DNA of 64,000 bases from Patescibacteria group bacterium (GCA_038064735.1 JBBTSI010000003.1:21154-85153); one strand, 5' to 3'. Numbered from the stretch's first letter, positions 45,759-54,902 are shown. A program made the numbers and translations. Notes: generated from the letters alone by a model not told the origin.

Positions 45759-45980
45759 TTAATTTTCAATAATAATATTTTTAATTTCGGGAACTTCTTC
45801 TTTGATCATACTGCCGAGCATACCGTCATAAGTCTCATTGGCGAGTTCGCAACCGACGCATGCTCCGGTCACTTTAATTTTAACAATTCCGTCAGTAATA
45901 TCCAAGAGCGTCACATCCCCACCATGCATTTGTATATAAGGTCGTATTTTCTCAATTATTTTTTCAATCTTTTCTTGCAT
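45759..45980 (-). CDS. NifU-like C-terminal domain (Nfu) Fe-S carrier protein
   Basis: HGGDVTLLDITDGIVKIKVTGACVGC matches the Nfu CxxC motif region. Confidence 0.7.
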   Translation of the reverse strand: MQEKIEKIIEKIRPYIQMHGGDVTLLDITDGIVKIKVTGACVGCELANETYDGMLGSMIKEEVPEIKNIIIEN

Positions 45981-45988
45981 TTTATTTA

Positions 45989-46687
45989 TTATATACCAGG
46001 ACCAAAATATTTTTCACGATAGAAGCGGATGAGTTGTTCGACTTTGGGGACGAGGTCGGGGTGGCCGACGGCGACTTTGGTGCGTTTTTGGACATCGACT
46101 AAAGTGACAGCGCCTTCGAGGACGGCTTCTTCAATATCAGCTTCAGTGGTTTTGGTATCTGGGTCTAAAATTTGTTGACCATCGGTGACGATTCTTTTAA
46201 GCTGGCCGGTTTTTTTGAACCAATCATTGAGTGCGGCGCGGAGCGCTTTGTCGCCGAGGACCGAGCAATGGATTTTCCTATCTGGCAGACTGCCCAATCT
46301 TTTTATAATATCTTGCGGTCTGATTTGCAAAGCTTTGTCGATCTTCATACCACCCCCGCCCGAACGACTGTTCAGTCGGGCAGGTTTCTCGCCAATCATC
46401 ACAGAAAGCATCGAAGTGGTGGCGATAGCCGAAGCACAACCGAAAGTGCGCCATTTCATTTCTTTTATTCTATCCGTTTTCTTATCAATTTTAAGCCAAA
46501 TGCGCATCACATCTCCGCAAGCCGGTGAGCCGACGATACCCGAAGCATCATATTTGGCCTCTTTCGGATCTTCTAGAAGCAAGTTTCTGGGTTTGAAGAA
46601 GTGCTCTTTCACTTCTTTGGTGTAAACCCAAGAATTGCCAGTAAACTTATTAACCACGTCAGGTTTATTTTTTTTCATATAATTCAA
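45989..46687 (-). CDS. IscU/NifU-N-like Fe-S cluster scaffold with N- and C-terminal extensions
   Basis: Three scaffold cysteines: SPACGDV, RTFGCASAIA, HCSVLGD. Confidence 0.65.
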   Translation of the reverse strand: MNYMKKNKPDVVNKFTGNSWVYTKEVKEHFFKPRNLLLEDPKEAKYDASGIVGSPACGDVMRIWLKIDKKTDRIKEMKWRTFGCASAIATTSMLSVMIGEKPARLNSRSGGGGMKIDKALQIRPQDIIKRLGSLPDRKIHCSVLGDKALRAALNDWFKKTGQLKRIVTDGQQILDPDTKTTEADIEEAVLEGAVTLVDVQKRTKVAVGHPDLVPKVEQLIRFYREKYFGPGI

Positions 46688-47915
46688 AAGGGGAAATTTG
46701 TCTTAACCTCTTCACAACTTCCGGCAAATGCTTTAGCACATATTTAACATCTTCAGATGTGCTGTATTTACCCAAAGTGAAGCGCAGACTACCATGAATA
46801 TATTCGTATGGGTTGCCAAGTGCAGAAAGAATATAAGATGGCTCCAAACTTTGGGAATTGCAGGCACTACCGGTGGAGACCATTATACCAAGCTCGTCCA
46901 GATATAAAAGCAGAGCCTCGCCTTCCACATCCAAAATAGAAATATTGAGGAAATTTGGTAAGCGTTTGGCTGGGTGGCCATTCAAAATAACTTTGGGAAT
47001 AATTTTAAAAATACCTTTTTCTAAAGTGTCGCGAAGTTTTTTGATACGAGCGGTTTCTGTTTTTCTTTTTTTAGTGACTAACTCTAGTGCCTTGACGAAG
47101 CCAACAATGCCAGCGACATTTTCGGTACCACTACGCAATCTTTGCTGACCACCACCATAAATAATAGGGGAAATTTGGGTGCCCTTTTTCACATACAAAC
47201 CGCCGACACCTTTGGGTCCGTAAATTTTGTGAGAAGAAATAGTCATTAAATCTGCGCCAAGTTTCTCTACATCCAAATCCAAAAATTTTGCTGATTGGCT
47301 TGCGTCGGTATGAAGGTGGGGGAAAGAATCTGAAAAAGCAAAATTGCAAAAAGCTGCGGATAAATCCCGCTTTTTGAATTTTGCTTTTTCAGATTCTTTG
47401 AATTCCTTAATTATTTTCGAAATCTCTGCAATCGGTTGAATGGTGCCAGTCTCACTATCAGCCATAGTGATGGAAATTAAAATAGTTTTTGCATCCAATT
47501 CTTTTTTTAATACTTCCAAATCTACTAAGCCGTTTTTCAAAACCGGCAACCTTACAATTTTAAAATTATCCTTTTCTAAAGCATCGCAAGTTTTCAAAAC
47601 CGCTTTGTGTTCAATTTGGGTAGTTATGATTTTGCCCCCTTTTTCTTTATTAGCTTTGGCAACGCCAAGTATAGCCAGATTATCCGCTTCAGTAGCCGAA
47701 CCAGTAAATACAAATTCATCGGGTCGGCAATTTAAAATTTTGGCGATGGTTTTAGTTGATTTAGTGATAGCAAATTTAGATTTTTGGCCCAATCTATACA
47801 GACTCCCAGGATTACCAAAATCTTCCTTAAAATAAGGGAGCATCGCAGAGACGACCTGTTTGTCTACAGGAGTAGTCGCGGCATAATCAAAATACCTCTG
47901 CTTTTTCATGAGCAT
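46665..47915 (-). CDS. cysteine desulfurase (IscS/NifS family) carrying an in-frame palindromic insertion
   Basis: FDYAATTPVD, TGSATEADNLAI, SSHKIYGPKGVG (PLP Lys), STGSACNS (catalytic Cys); insert KESEKAKFKKRDLSAAFCNFAFSDS encoded by the palindrome at 47326..47396. Confidence 0.85.
   Translation of the reverse strand: MLMKKQRYFDYAATTPVDKQVVSAMLPYFKEDFGNPGSLYRLGQKSKFAITKSTKTIAKILNCRPDEFVFTGSATEADNLAILGVAKANKEKGGKIITTQIEHKAVLKTCDALEKDNFKIVRLPVLKNGLVDLEVLKKELDAKTILISITMADSETGTIQPIAEISKIIKEFKESEKAKFKKRDLSAAFCNFAFSDSFPHLHTDASQSAKFLDLDVEKLGADLMTISSHKIYGPKGVGGLYVKKGTQISPIIYGGGQQRLRSGTENVAGIVGFVKALELVTKKRKTETARIKKLRDTLEKGIFKIIPKVILNGHPAKRLPNFLNISILDVEGEALLLYLDELGIMVSTGSACNSQSLEPSYILSALGNPYEYIHGSLRFTLGKYSTSEDVKYVLKHLPEVVKRLRQISPFELYEKK
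47326..47396. repeat. 71-nt perfect palindromic element (family 1), second copy, in-frame in the second cysteine desulfurase
   Basis: Central 44 nt identical to the copy at 10849..10919; outer stem differs at 3 positions per arm, all compensatory. Confidence 0.85.
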
Positions 47916-48148
47916 ACTTTATCATAAAAAATGAGAAGCGGGTTGTTTTAAGCCAAAAGTTTATAAACCAAAAATGCTGGCCAAACTATAGCTTTAAGTA
48001 AACCTACCGCTCCAGCCCAAAAACCATCAGCGTGTTGGATGAAATACACCGCAGCGCCGATAAATCCTAGGCCATATACTGCTCCATTTGAACCTTTACA
48101 CATACTTTAATTATAACAAAGATACTTAAATTTTTAAATATTATCAGA

Positions 48149-48598
48149 TTATCTCTCGAGCCTTTTTCTTAGTTCATCTATGACCGCTTTCTCCCAATAT
48201 TTCATGGAAAACCAACCAATAAGTGGCCGTGCAACTATACGGAGCCAGAGTTTATGGATGGCGACTTGATAAGTATAATTGATGATGGTTCCTTCAGGAT
48301 CTTCAGATAGCAAAAATTCTTCGTGGCCGGAAGTTCCAAATTTAGGGCTTTCATTATCTGAAATAAACCCTTTTCCGGGGAGGATTTGATATTTCATTTT
48401 CACTGGAAACTTTTGGCCAAATGATTTCACGCTTGCATCCATTTCTAAATTATTTCCTTCGCGTTTAACGACTCGTATAGATTCCGCGACTTTCGGAAAA
48501 TATTCAGGCCATTTTTCAAAGTCAGTCATTATGTTAAATACATCCATTAGAGGAGCTTTGATAAGCCACTTGGCCTGGAGAGTGATGTTGTCTTTCAT
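48149..48598 (-). CDS. SRPBCC (START/polyketide cyclase-like) family protein
   Basis: Start at ATG MKDNITLQ with TGTGGTATAAT 6 nt upstream (possible leaderless transcript); Bet v1-like fold pattern. Confidence 0.5.
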   Translation of the reverse strand: MKDNITLQAKWLIKAPLMDVFNIMTDFEKWPEYFPKVAESIRVVKREGNNLEMDASVKSFGQKFPVKMKYQILPGKGFISDNESPKFGTSGHEEFLLSEDPEGTIINYTYQVAIHKLWLRIVARPLIGWFSMKYWEKAVIDELRKRLER

Positions 48599-48851
48599 AT
48601 AAAAATTATACCACACAACTTTGCTCCACTTGGTAGAGGATGTTATTGTATCCCGCCGTAGCTCTATAAGAGCGAAGGAGGAGAAATTGTTTTGAAAATT
48701 TTAAATAAAAAGCCACCGCTTGGTCGGTGGCATCGCAAATTGGTTATTGGGAGAAATGAATAAAAAAGAAAGGATATTTTTACATAATCAAGAACGGCTC
48801 AACGATATTTATCGTTGAGCCGTTCCACATGTTTACCAAATAATCACTAAG

Positions 48852-49158
48852 CTCCGCGGGTTGGATTCGAACCAACGACCAATCGCTTACATAGAATCTC
48901 CTATTACTAGAAGTATGGACTATATCATCCCCATGTCTTTTGATTTAGGGGCGAGGGGCTTCGAACGTGAAATAAACACGTCCTACTCCATAAAGGATAG
49001 TCTCTACACCTTCCCTGACTTTTGTCTGGGCTTGGCTCGGGATTGCCCGCTTTTTAAAGCTTGGGTTTCCCCGAATTCACCTCGTTTTTCATCCAAAATT
49101 TCTTTTGGAAGCTGCATTATAAATACAGGCGACTGCGCTACCGCTGCGCCACCGCGGA
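48852..49158 (-). tRNA. tRNA-Asn(GUU) interrupted by a 235-nt group I intron in the anticodon loop
   Basis: Exons: 5' UCCGCGGUGGCGCAGCGGUAGCGCAGUCGCCUGU (49158..49125), 3' UAAGCGAUUGGUCGUUGGUUCGAAUCCAACCCGCGGAG (48889..48852). Spliced anticodon loop CUGUUAA, U1-A72 and G73 as in E. coli tRNA-Asn. Confidence 0.7.
48890..49124 (-). mobile_element. group I intron, subgroup IC3-like (Azoarcus/Anabaena tRNA-intron type)
   Basis: P7 strands AGACUA / UAGUC; near-identical matches to the Azoarcus core: CGAGCCAAGC, GAAGGUGUAGAGACUA, GUGAAUUCGGGGAAACC. 5' splice site after U (U.G with IGS GCAG); last intron nt G. Confidence 0.75.
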
Positions 49159-49167
49159 GCTTAATGA

Positions 49168-49461
49168 TTATTTATTTTTCAAGTTACAAATCTCTTTCGG
49201 GATTTTTGTGATCTCATCATGGACTTCCATATGACAATTCGCACAAAGCAACACACATTTGTCTATTTCTTTGCGAAGCCTTTCCCACGAACGTGTTAAA
49301 CCCTTAGAAGACATATCGAAGTCTTTGTTTTTAGGATTTACATGGTGGAAACTCAATGCTCGTGAGCATTTATTGTAACCACATATCGCGCATTTGTTGC
49401 CTTTATAAGATCTAGCCATTTCACGCAGTTTTATTCTTCTGCGTTTAACAGCCATAACCAT
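49168..49461 (-). CDS. HNH endonuclease
   Basis: CAICGY...HHVNP...CANCHMEVH (HNH zinc-finger nuclease motif); stop codon 9 nt upstream of the intron-bearing tRNA-Asn; start uncertain (49461 or upstream 49548). Confidence 0.65.
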   Translation of the reverse strand: MVMAVKRRRIKLREMARSYKGNKCAICGYNKCSRALSFHHVNPKNKDFDMSSKGLTRSWERLRKEIDKCVLLCANCHMEVHDEITKIPKEICNLKNK

Positions 49462-49611
49462 ATACTTTGCTCGATCGGCATAAGTCCTTGTCTCTTTTCT
49501 TATTTTGGTATACACAACATAAGTATACCACATAAATTTAAAGAACATTGCTATTGTAGCAAAAATCTATACGGTTGCAATAACGAAAATATATTTGGTA
49601 TACTTATATGT

Positions 49612-50049
49612 ATGTTATACAAAGATTATTTAAAAACATTTACTGGCTGTCCATTTTGTGGACATGTAGATGATAGATTTATAAAAGAAGAAGATGAAGC
49701 TTTTTTGACGTATTCTATTGCTCCTTATCACAAACATCATATGCTGGTGATACCAAAGCGTCACGTGGCAAAATATGAAGATTTGAATGAACAAGAAGTA
49801 AGAGCGATGGAAAAACTTTTGCTAAGCGGAATCAAAACTATAAAAGCTTTGGGATATGAAAATTACACTATTTTGCTACGAAATGGAGAAGATGCGGGCA
49901 AAAGCGTAGAACACTTGCATTATCATATTGTTCCGACAGTTATTGTTGGAGATCTTGATCATAAAGGGGAAGAAAGAAGAGTAATGACTAAAGAAGAAAT
50001 TGAAGAATTTTTTGAAGATTTCAAAAAAGTGGAAGTTTCTAATGGGTAA
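49612..50049 (+). CDS. HIT-family (histidine triad) hydrolase
   Basis: VEHLHYHIVP histidine triad; N-terminal CPFCGH zinc-binding-like pair. Confidence 0.7.
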   Translation: MLYKDYLKTFTGCPFCGHVDDRFIKEEDEAFLTYSIAPYHKHHMLVIPKRHVAKYEDLNEQEVRAMEKLLLSGIKTIKALGYENYTILLRNGEDAGKSVEHLHYHIVPTVIVGDLDHKGEERRVMTKEEIEEFFEDFKKVEVSNG

Positions 50050-50092
50050 ATGTTTTTCAAATGGCAGTGTAACTTTATGGTAGAATTATATT

Positions 50093-50950
50093 ATGATTCC
50101 CAAACAGTATAAACACGAAAAAATAGTCACTATTATTGTGGCAATATTGGCGGTTTTGGGCTTATTTGTGGCCGGATATTTTTACCAACTTACATATAAA
50201 GGGATTTTGCAAAATATCGCCGATTCGGAAACAGTTATCGTTGGTTTTGAAAATATAAATGCGAACCTTCGAAATTCACTCGGTACAGAACGCTACATAA
50301 ACAGCACTTTTTCCGGGCAAATAAATCAAATAGCTAATACCGTCGGCAAACTTGATCAACTTTCCAAGACCGATAAAGAGCTTCTGCAAAAATATTCTAA
50401 GGTTTACTTTTTAAATGAAAATTATATACCGGAAGATTTGACCAACATTCCATCTAATTATGTTTACGAGAAAGATAAAGAAATAAAATTTCACACTAAA
50501 GCTTTTCCTTTTTTACAAGATATGATAAATGCGGCCACTCGAAGCGGTATTAATTTGGAGATAATTTCCGGTTTTAGATCATTTAGCGACCAAAGCAGTT
50601 TAAAGAATGCTTACACCTTCACCTATGGGACTGGCGCCAACAAATTTTCAGCCGACCAAGGATATTCCGAACACCAATTGGGTACAACTATTGATTTTAC
50701 TACTCCTGATTTAGGTTCAGGTTATACTGATTTTGAAAAAGCAGCCGCTTATGATTGGCTTTTAAGTAACGCTTTTAAATATGGCTTTGTCATATCTTAT
50801 CTCAAAGGCAATGCTTATTATCAGTTTGAACCTTGGCATTGGCGTTTTGTAGGCAGAAGTTTGGCAAATATGCTTCGTCAAGAAAATAAGAATTTTTATG
50901 ATATTCCACAACGCACCATAGATGCATATCTTATAAATATTTTTGATTAA
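50093..50950 (+). CDS. membrane-anchored D-alanyl-D-alanine carboxypeptidase (VanY-like, peptidase M15B)
   Basis: SGFRSFSDQ, SEHQLGTTIDF and EPWHWRFVG (VanY zinc-ligand motifs); N-terminal TM. Confidence 0.7.
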   Translation: MIPKQYKHEKIVTIIVAILAVLGLFVAGYFYQLTYKGILQNIADSETVIVGFENINANLRNSLGTERYINSTFSGQINQIANTVGKLDQLSKTDKELLQKYSKVYFLNENYIPEDLTNIPSNYVYEKDKEIKFHTKAFPFLQDMINAATRSGINLEIISGFRSFSDQSSLKNAYTFTYGTGANKFSADQGYSEHQLGTTIDFTTPDLGSGYTDFEKAAAYDWLLSNAFKYGFVISYLKGNAYYQFEPWHWRFVGRSLANMLRQENKNFYDIPQRTIDAYLINIFD

Positions 50951-50978
50951 TAATTATTAAAAAATTAAAATAAAAAGT

Positions 50979-51344
50979 ATGAAGATAAACACAAAGGCCA
51001 CAGGTATTACTCTTACTCCTTCCATTTCAGATTATATAGAAAAGAAAGTTCAAATGCTGGAAAAGTTTTTACAAGGAGCTCAAGAAGTTTTGGTCAATGT
51101 GGAAGTAGGTAAGACTACTAAGCATCATAAATCAGGTGACGTTTTTATGGCGGAAATCCAAATTATTGCCGGGGGGCAGACTTATTATGCTAAAGAAGAG
51201 ACCAATGATTTATATGCGGCGATTGATGAAGTCAAAGATGAAATCGCTTACAAACTTTCTGGTGAAAAGAAAAAAACTCTGCATCTCTTAAGACGTGGTG
51301 GAGCTAAGATAAAAAATCTAATGAAGGGTTTTGGTAAAAAATAA
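50979..51344 (+). CDS. hpf: ribosome hibernation promoting factor (RaiA/HPF, S30AE family)
   Basis: 121 aa; beta-alpha-beta-beta-beta-alpha pattern with DLYAAIDEVKDEIAYKL. Confidence 0.65.
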   Translation: MKINTKATGITLTPSISDYIEKKVQMLEKFLQGAQEVLVNVEVGKTTKHHKSGDVFMAEIQIIAGGQTYYAKEETNDLYAAIDEVKDEIAYKLSGEKKKTLHLLRRGGAKIKNLMKGFGKK

Positions 51345-51355
51345 AAATAGTTAAC

Positions 51356-52330
51356 CTATCTTTGTCCTCGTAGAAAATCTTCAAAAGACATTTCATTTTT
51401 ACCTTCAGGTTTAACTTTCAAAATTTTTAGCTTGTTATCTTCAATCATGGCGTCAGTTATGATGATACGTTTATTGTTTAGGAAAAAGTAAGCAGTGGGC
51501 CATTCTTCAAACGCTTTTATTTTGAGCAAATTTTCATGAGCGTTTTTTTCTAAGTTTTCCAAATCTATTTTGAGTTCACCGTCTTCTTTTTTTATTTTTT
51601 GGCAATATGTCGCTTCTGTTTCTCTTTGCATAATTGGATCAATGGCACCGATGAGCCATTCAGGTAAAATGTGAGCAAAAAGTCTTGCTCCTTCTATGGC
51701 CAAATGTTTTTCTAATTCTTTGCGACCAAGTGGCCAGAGAGTTCTTGAAGTTGCAAGTTCAGAAATGCCTTGCGAGGCTGACTGAGCTGAGCACGAGGAA
51801 TTTTCTAGCAAGAAAATATCCGTGCATTTATGGGCTTGCGACGGAAAGAACTCGATTTTTCTTTGCACTACTATTGCTCCCGTATCCATACCTTCATCAA
51901 TTTTCATAATACTCACACCCACTTCTTGAGCATCTTCTAAAATCTGGCTTTGAATAGGAGAAGCTCCGCGGTATTTTGGAAGTAGAGAAGGATGAATGTT
52001 CAAAGTTTTGTGTTTTGGAATCTCAAAAACTTCAGGCGGAATTATTTTGCCGTAGGAGGCGACTAAGAAAAGCTCTGAGCTGAGAGCTTTGAGTTGAGAG
52101 ATTAAGTTCGGATTATTTTTGAGAGAGGCGGGTTCAATAACTTCAATATTATTTTCTTTAGCCCAAATTTTTACTGGAGTAGGAGTGAGCACTAGTTTTC
52201 GCCCTTTAGGTTTGTCTGGAGTAGTGATAATCAGAGAAGGTAAAATATTATGGATTTTTAATTCATCCAAAACATAAACACTAAATTCAGATGAGCCAAA
52301 AAACACCCAATTTATTTTTTTTGTAATCAT
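51356..52330 (-). CDS. fmt: methionyl-tRNA formyltransferase, carrying an in-frame palindromic insertion (family 2)
   Basis: Formyltransferase N-domain HPSLLPKYRGASPIQ; def-fmt order; insert ...KCTDIFLLENSSCSAQSASQGISEL... Confidence 0.85.
   Translation of the reverse strand: MITKKINWVFFGSSEFSVYVLDELKIHNILPSLIITTPDKPKGRKLVLTPTPVKIWAKENNIEVIEPASLKNNPNLISQLKALSSELFLVASYGKIIPPEVFEIPKHKTLNIHPSLLPKYRGASPIQSQILEDAQEVGVSIMKIDEGMDTGAIVVQRKIEFFPSQAHKCTDIFLLENSSCSAQSASQGISELATSRTLWPLGRKELEKHLAIEGARLFAHILPEWLIGAIDPIMQRETEATYCQKIKKEDGELKIDLENLEKNAHENLLKIKAFEEWPTAYFFLNNKRIIITDAMIEDNKLKILKVKPEGKNEMSFEDFLRGQR
51759..51832. repeat. ~70-nt palindromic element (family 2) inserted in-frame in fmt
   Basis: Core CACGGATATTTTCTTGCTAGAAAATTCCTCGTGCTCAGCTCAGTCAGCCTCGCAAGGCATTTCTGAA (coding sense); second copy at 61506..61578. 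Confidence 0.8.
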
Positions 52331-52890
52331 TTTTTTTCTGGCACCATTTCTTTTAAACCAGTAGCTTTATCGGTAAAAAGAACTCCGTCCAAATGATCGG
52401 TCTCGTGTTGGAAAGCTTGAGAGAGAAGGCCGGTGCCACCCATAGTGAAGGGTTTACCATTTTCATCGTAGGCTTTGACTAGGGTTTTTTCTGCTCTTTC
52501 TACTTTGCCATAGAGCCAGCGTACCGAAAGACAACCTTCTTCCATCGGCATTTTTTTCTTAGAAGTTTTTAATATTTGAGGGTTAATAAAAACCATATCT
52601 TTGTAACCCACTTGTTCTTCTGCAAAAGTTTCCAATTTTTCTCTTTTGGAAGCGGTGCTTTTCATTTTTTCTTCTGCCATTATTTCAAATATTTTTTTAG
52701 AAACTACAAAAATGCGCAAATTTTCTCCGATTTGCGGGGCAGCGATAGCGACGCCATCATCTTGACTGTCCAAAGCTTTTATCATTCTTCTTATAATGGT
52801 TTCTATCTTCCGGCTCCCAATTTCTTCAATAGGGACTTCTTTAGCTATTTTTCTTAATATTTTATTGTCTTTTTGTACGATTTCGTTCAT
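52327..52890 (-). CDS. def: peptide deformylase
   Basis: GVAIAAPQIG, EGCLS and HETDHLDG metal-binding motifs. Confidence 0.9.
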   Translation of the reverse strand: MNEIVQKDNKILRKIAKEVPIEEIGSRKIETIIRRMIKALDSQDDGVAIAAPQIGENLRIFVVSKKIFEIMAEEKMKSTASKREKLETFAEEQVGYKDMVFINPQILKTSKKKMPMEEGCLSVRWLYGKVERAEKTLVKAYDENGKPFTMGGTGLLSQAFQHETDHLDGVLFTDKATGLKEMVPEKK

Positions 52891-52931
52891 ATCCTCATTC
52901 TACCACGAAAATTTCATCCCGTCCTATGGGT

Positions 52932-54836
52932 TTAGAGTAGATTATCCGGATCAACTTTAACATCAAAATGAGGGGGCAAGGATTTCAAAATTGAGAGCAG
53001 GGAAGAGTCAGGCCAATCTTTCCTTGGAAGTTTAATGACAGCGTTTACAGCTGCTTGTTCACCTCTTTTTTCGTGAGTGGAGGGGAAAACAGTGGCTCCT
53101 TTATCTGTGAGAATATTTTTTAAATTTTCTGCTTCCCTGTTGACGAAATTTTTGGTACCTCGTACCGTGATTTTTATGAAAATACCAAATGGCGGATAAC
53201 CTAAAACTTGTCGGTCTTCAATTTCTTTTTTATAAAATTCCACTAAGTTTCCAGTGATGCCAAATTCTACAGTGGAATCTTCCGGATTTCTGGTTTGAAT
53301 TATAAAATTTTCTTTGGCAATACTTTTAGTTTGTAAAATCAAACGGAATATTTTTTCTCGAATGCGGAAATCGGGGATGGAAAACAGAGAATCAAAAGAA
53401 CATATAGCGGAACTACCAACTTTTTTATATAAGTAAGGAAAAGCCATTTCGGTGCCCAAAAGTATACTACCTTTGTTTTCGTAAAAACTTTTAGAAACAC
53501 TTGTTGCTTGGACACTGGTTTCCGTAGCATCTTTATGAATTTCAAAAAGATTTATATTAGGGATTTCTTTTCTTATCTCTTCCGCTACTCGGTCAATGCC
53601 GGCGCCAAAAGCTGCCAATTTCCAACTGCCACAATTTTGGCAGATTTCAGCTGCATCACGAGTCTCACCACATTGATGACATTTGAAAGCTCCACCTGTT
53701 TTGGTTTTGTACAAAATCACTGGTGCAAAACAATTAGAACACTTGACTTGTTCACCGCAATCTCGGCACACAGTAACAGAAGAAATGCCTTTTCTAGCGG
53801 CAAAAATAAACATGTTGGAACTTTTTTCAATTACTTCTTTTATGAGTTTCAAAAGTTCCGGAGAAATGGTTTTAAATTCTCCTCCTTTTTCTTTCTTGGT
53901 GTTTTCTTTTAAGTTCACTACTGAAGTTTTAATTTCGCTAGGTAACCGCCATTTTACGTTTTCAAATTCCGAAATTTCTCCTTGTTTGTATCTGTACAAA
54001 GTTTCTGTCCGGAGGAAAGAATCACCGATAACCAAACGGATGTTGTTTGCTTTTGTTAAAGCTTCCATGAAAAATCTTAAATCTATGAAAGGTTTAGCTA
54101 GAGTTTTCCAACCACCTTCATTTTCTTTGTCCATAATGATGGTACCAAAATCATTCCTTGGTAAAAATAACCACTGAGAAGTGCTAATAATAAATACAGG
54201 ATGCTCTGTTTGGCAGGCTTTTTTCCATTCTTTAACCAAATCTTTTTTATTCATTTCATTATGAAAGACGCAAACGAATGATTCTATACCACGCTCCAAT
54301 TTATCTTTAGCTCGCCTCACATCTTCATTTTGGGGTAAGCACAAAAAAACGGATTTCTTTTTAGCAAATTCTTCTCTGACGAGCAGTCGATAAAGATCCA
54401 TCCTTTCTTCATTTGGAGCTTGTAGGATAGAGACTTCATTTTTTGTACCGGAAGTATTTTTTGGAAGTTGCTTTTTAGATGATATTTTCGATATGGTTTC
54501 CGGATTTTCCAAAACGAAAGAGGGAATTAAGTGAGGAAGTATATTACCCAAATTAGCCGAAAAGTATTTAGCCGTCACTTTAACTGCTTCCAAAAATTCT
54601 TTTTGCAAAAAAGGTTTTGATGTAAAAGCGGAAATTTTTTTTAATTGAAAATTTGCTGATTTTATTTCCGTTTTCATTTCGGTCACATCTCGACTTTTTG
54701 TGACCAAGGCCGGTACGCTTTTGTTTCTTATATTTATTTTGATGAGAGAGCCGGGCTCTAAATATTTTGGCCCAAAATAAGATAGGGACTCTTTATTCAG
54801 ACCTTTTGAAAATGGTAAACAATCTATTATGAACAT
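52932..54836 (-). CDS. priA: primosomal protein N' (PriA)-like replication restart protein
   Basis: Cys-rich zinc ribbon CRDCGEQVKCSNC...CHQCGE...CQNCGS typical of the PriA helicase C-lobe; Walker motifs degenerate. Confidence 0.55.
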   Translation of the reverse strand: MFIIDCLPFSKGLNKESLSYFGPKYLEPGSLIKINIRNKSVPALVTKSRDVTEMKTEIKSANFQLKKISAFTSKPFLQKEFLEAVKVTAKYFSANLGNILPHLIPSFVLENPETISKISSKKQLPKNTSGTKNEVSILQAPNEERMDLYRLLVREEFAKKKSVFLCLPQNEDVRRAKDKLERGIESFVCVFHNEMNKKDLVKEWKKACQTEHPVFIISTSQWLFLPRNDFGTIIMDKENEGGWKTLAKPFIDLRFFMEALTKANNIRLVIGDSFLRTETLYRYKQGEISEFENVKWRLPSEIKTSVVNLKENTKKEKGGEFKTISPELLKLIKEVIEKSSNMFIFAARKGISSVTVCRDCGEQVKCSNCFAPVILYKTKTGGAFKCHQCGETRDAAEICQNCGSWKLAAFGAGIDRVAEEIRKEIPNINLFEIHKDATETSVQATSVSKSFYENKGSILLGTEMAFPYLYKKVGSSAICSFDSLFSIPDFRIREKIFRLILQTKSIAKENFIIQTRNPEDSTVEFGITGNLVEFYKKEIEDRQVLGYPPFGIFIKITVRGTKNFVNREAENLKNILTDKGATVFPSTHEKRGEQAAVNAVIKLPRKDWPDSSLLSILKSLPPHFDVKVDPDNLL

Positions 54837-54902
54837 AGAAGAATTGTGGCAGAGATTTGGGTAAAGCTCAATATTGCTCTAGAGAGGAGTTACTTGTAGT
54901 AT

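Noticed and set aside
48861-49211. 116-aa plus-strand ORF
   Set aside because: Antisense to the tRNA-Asn exons and group I intron; the intron core motifs and tRNA fold account for the sequence
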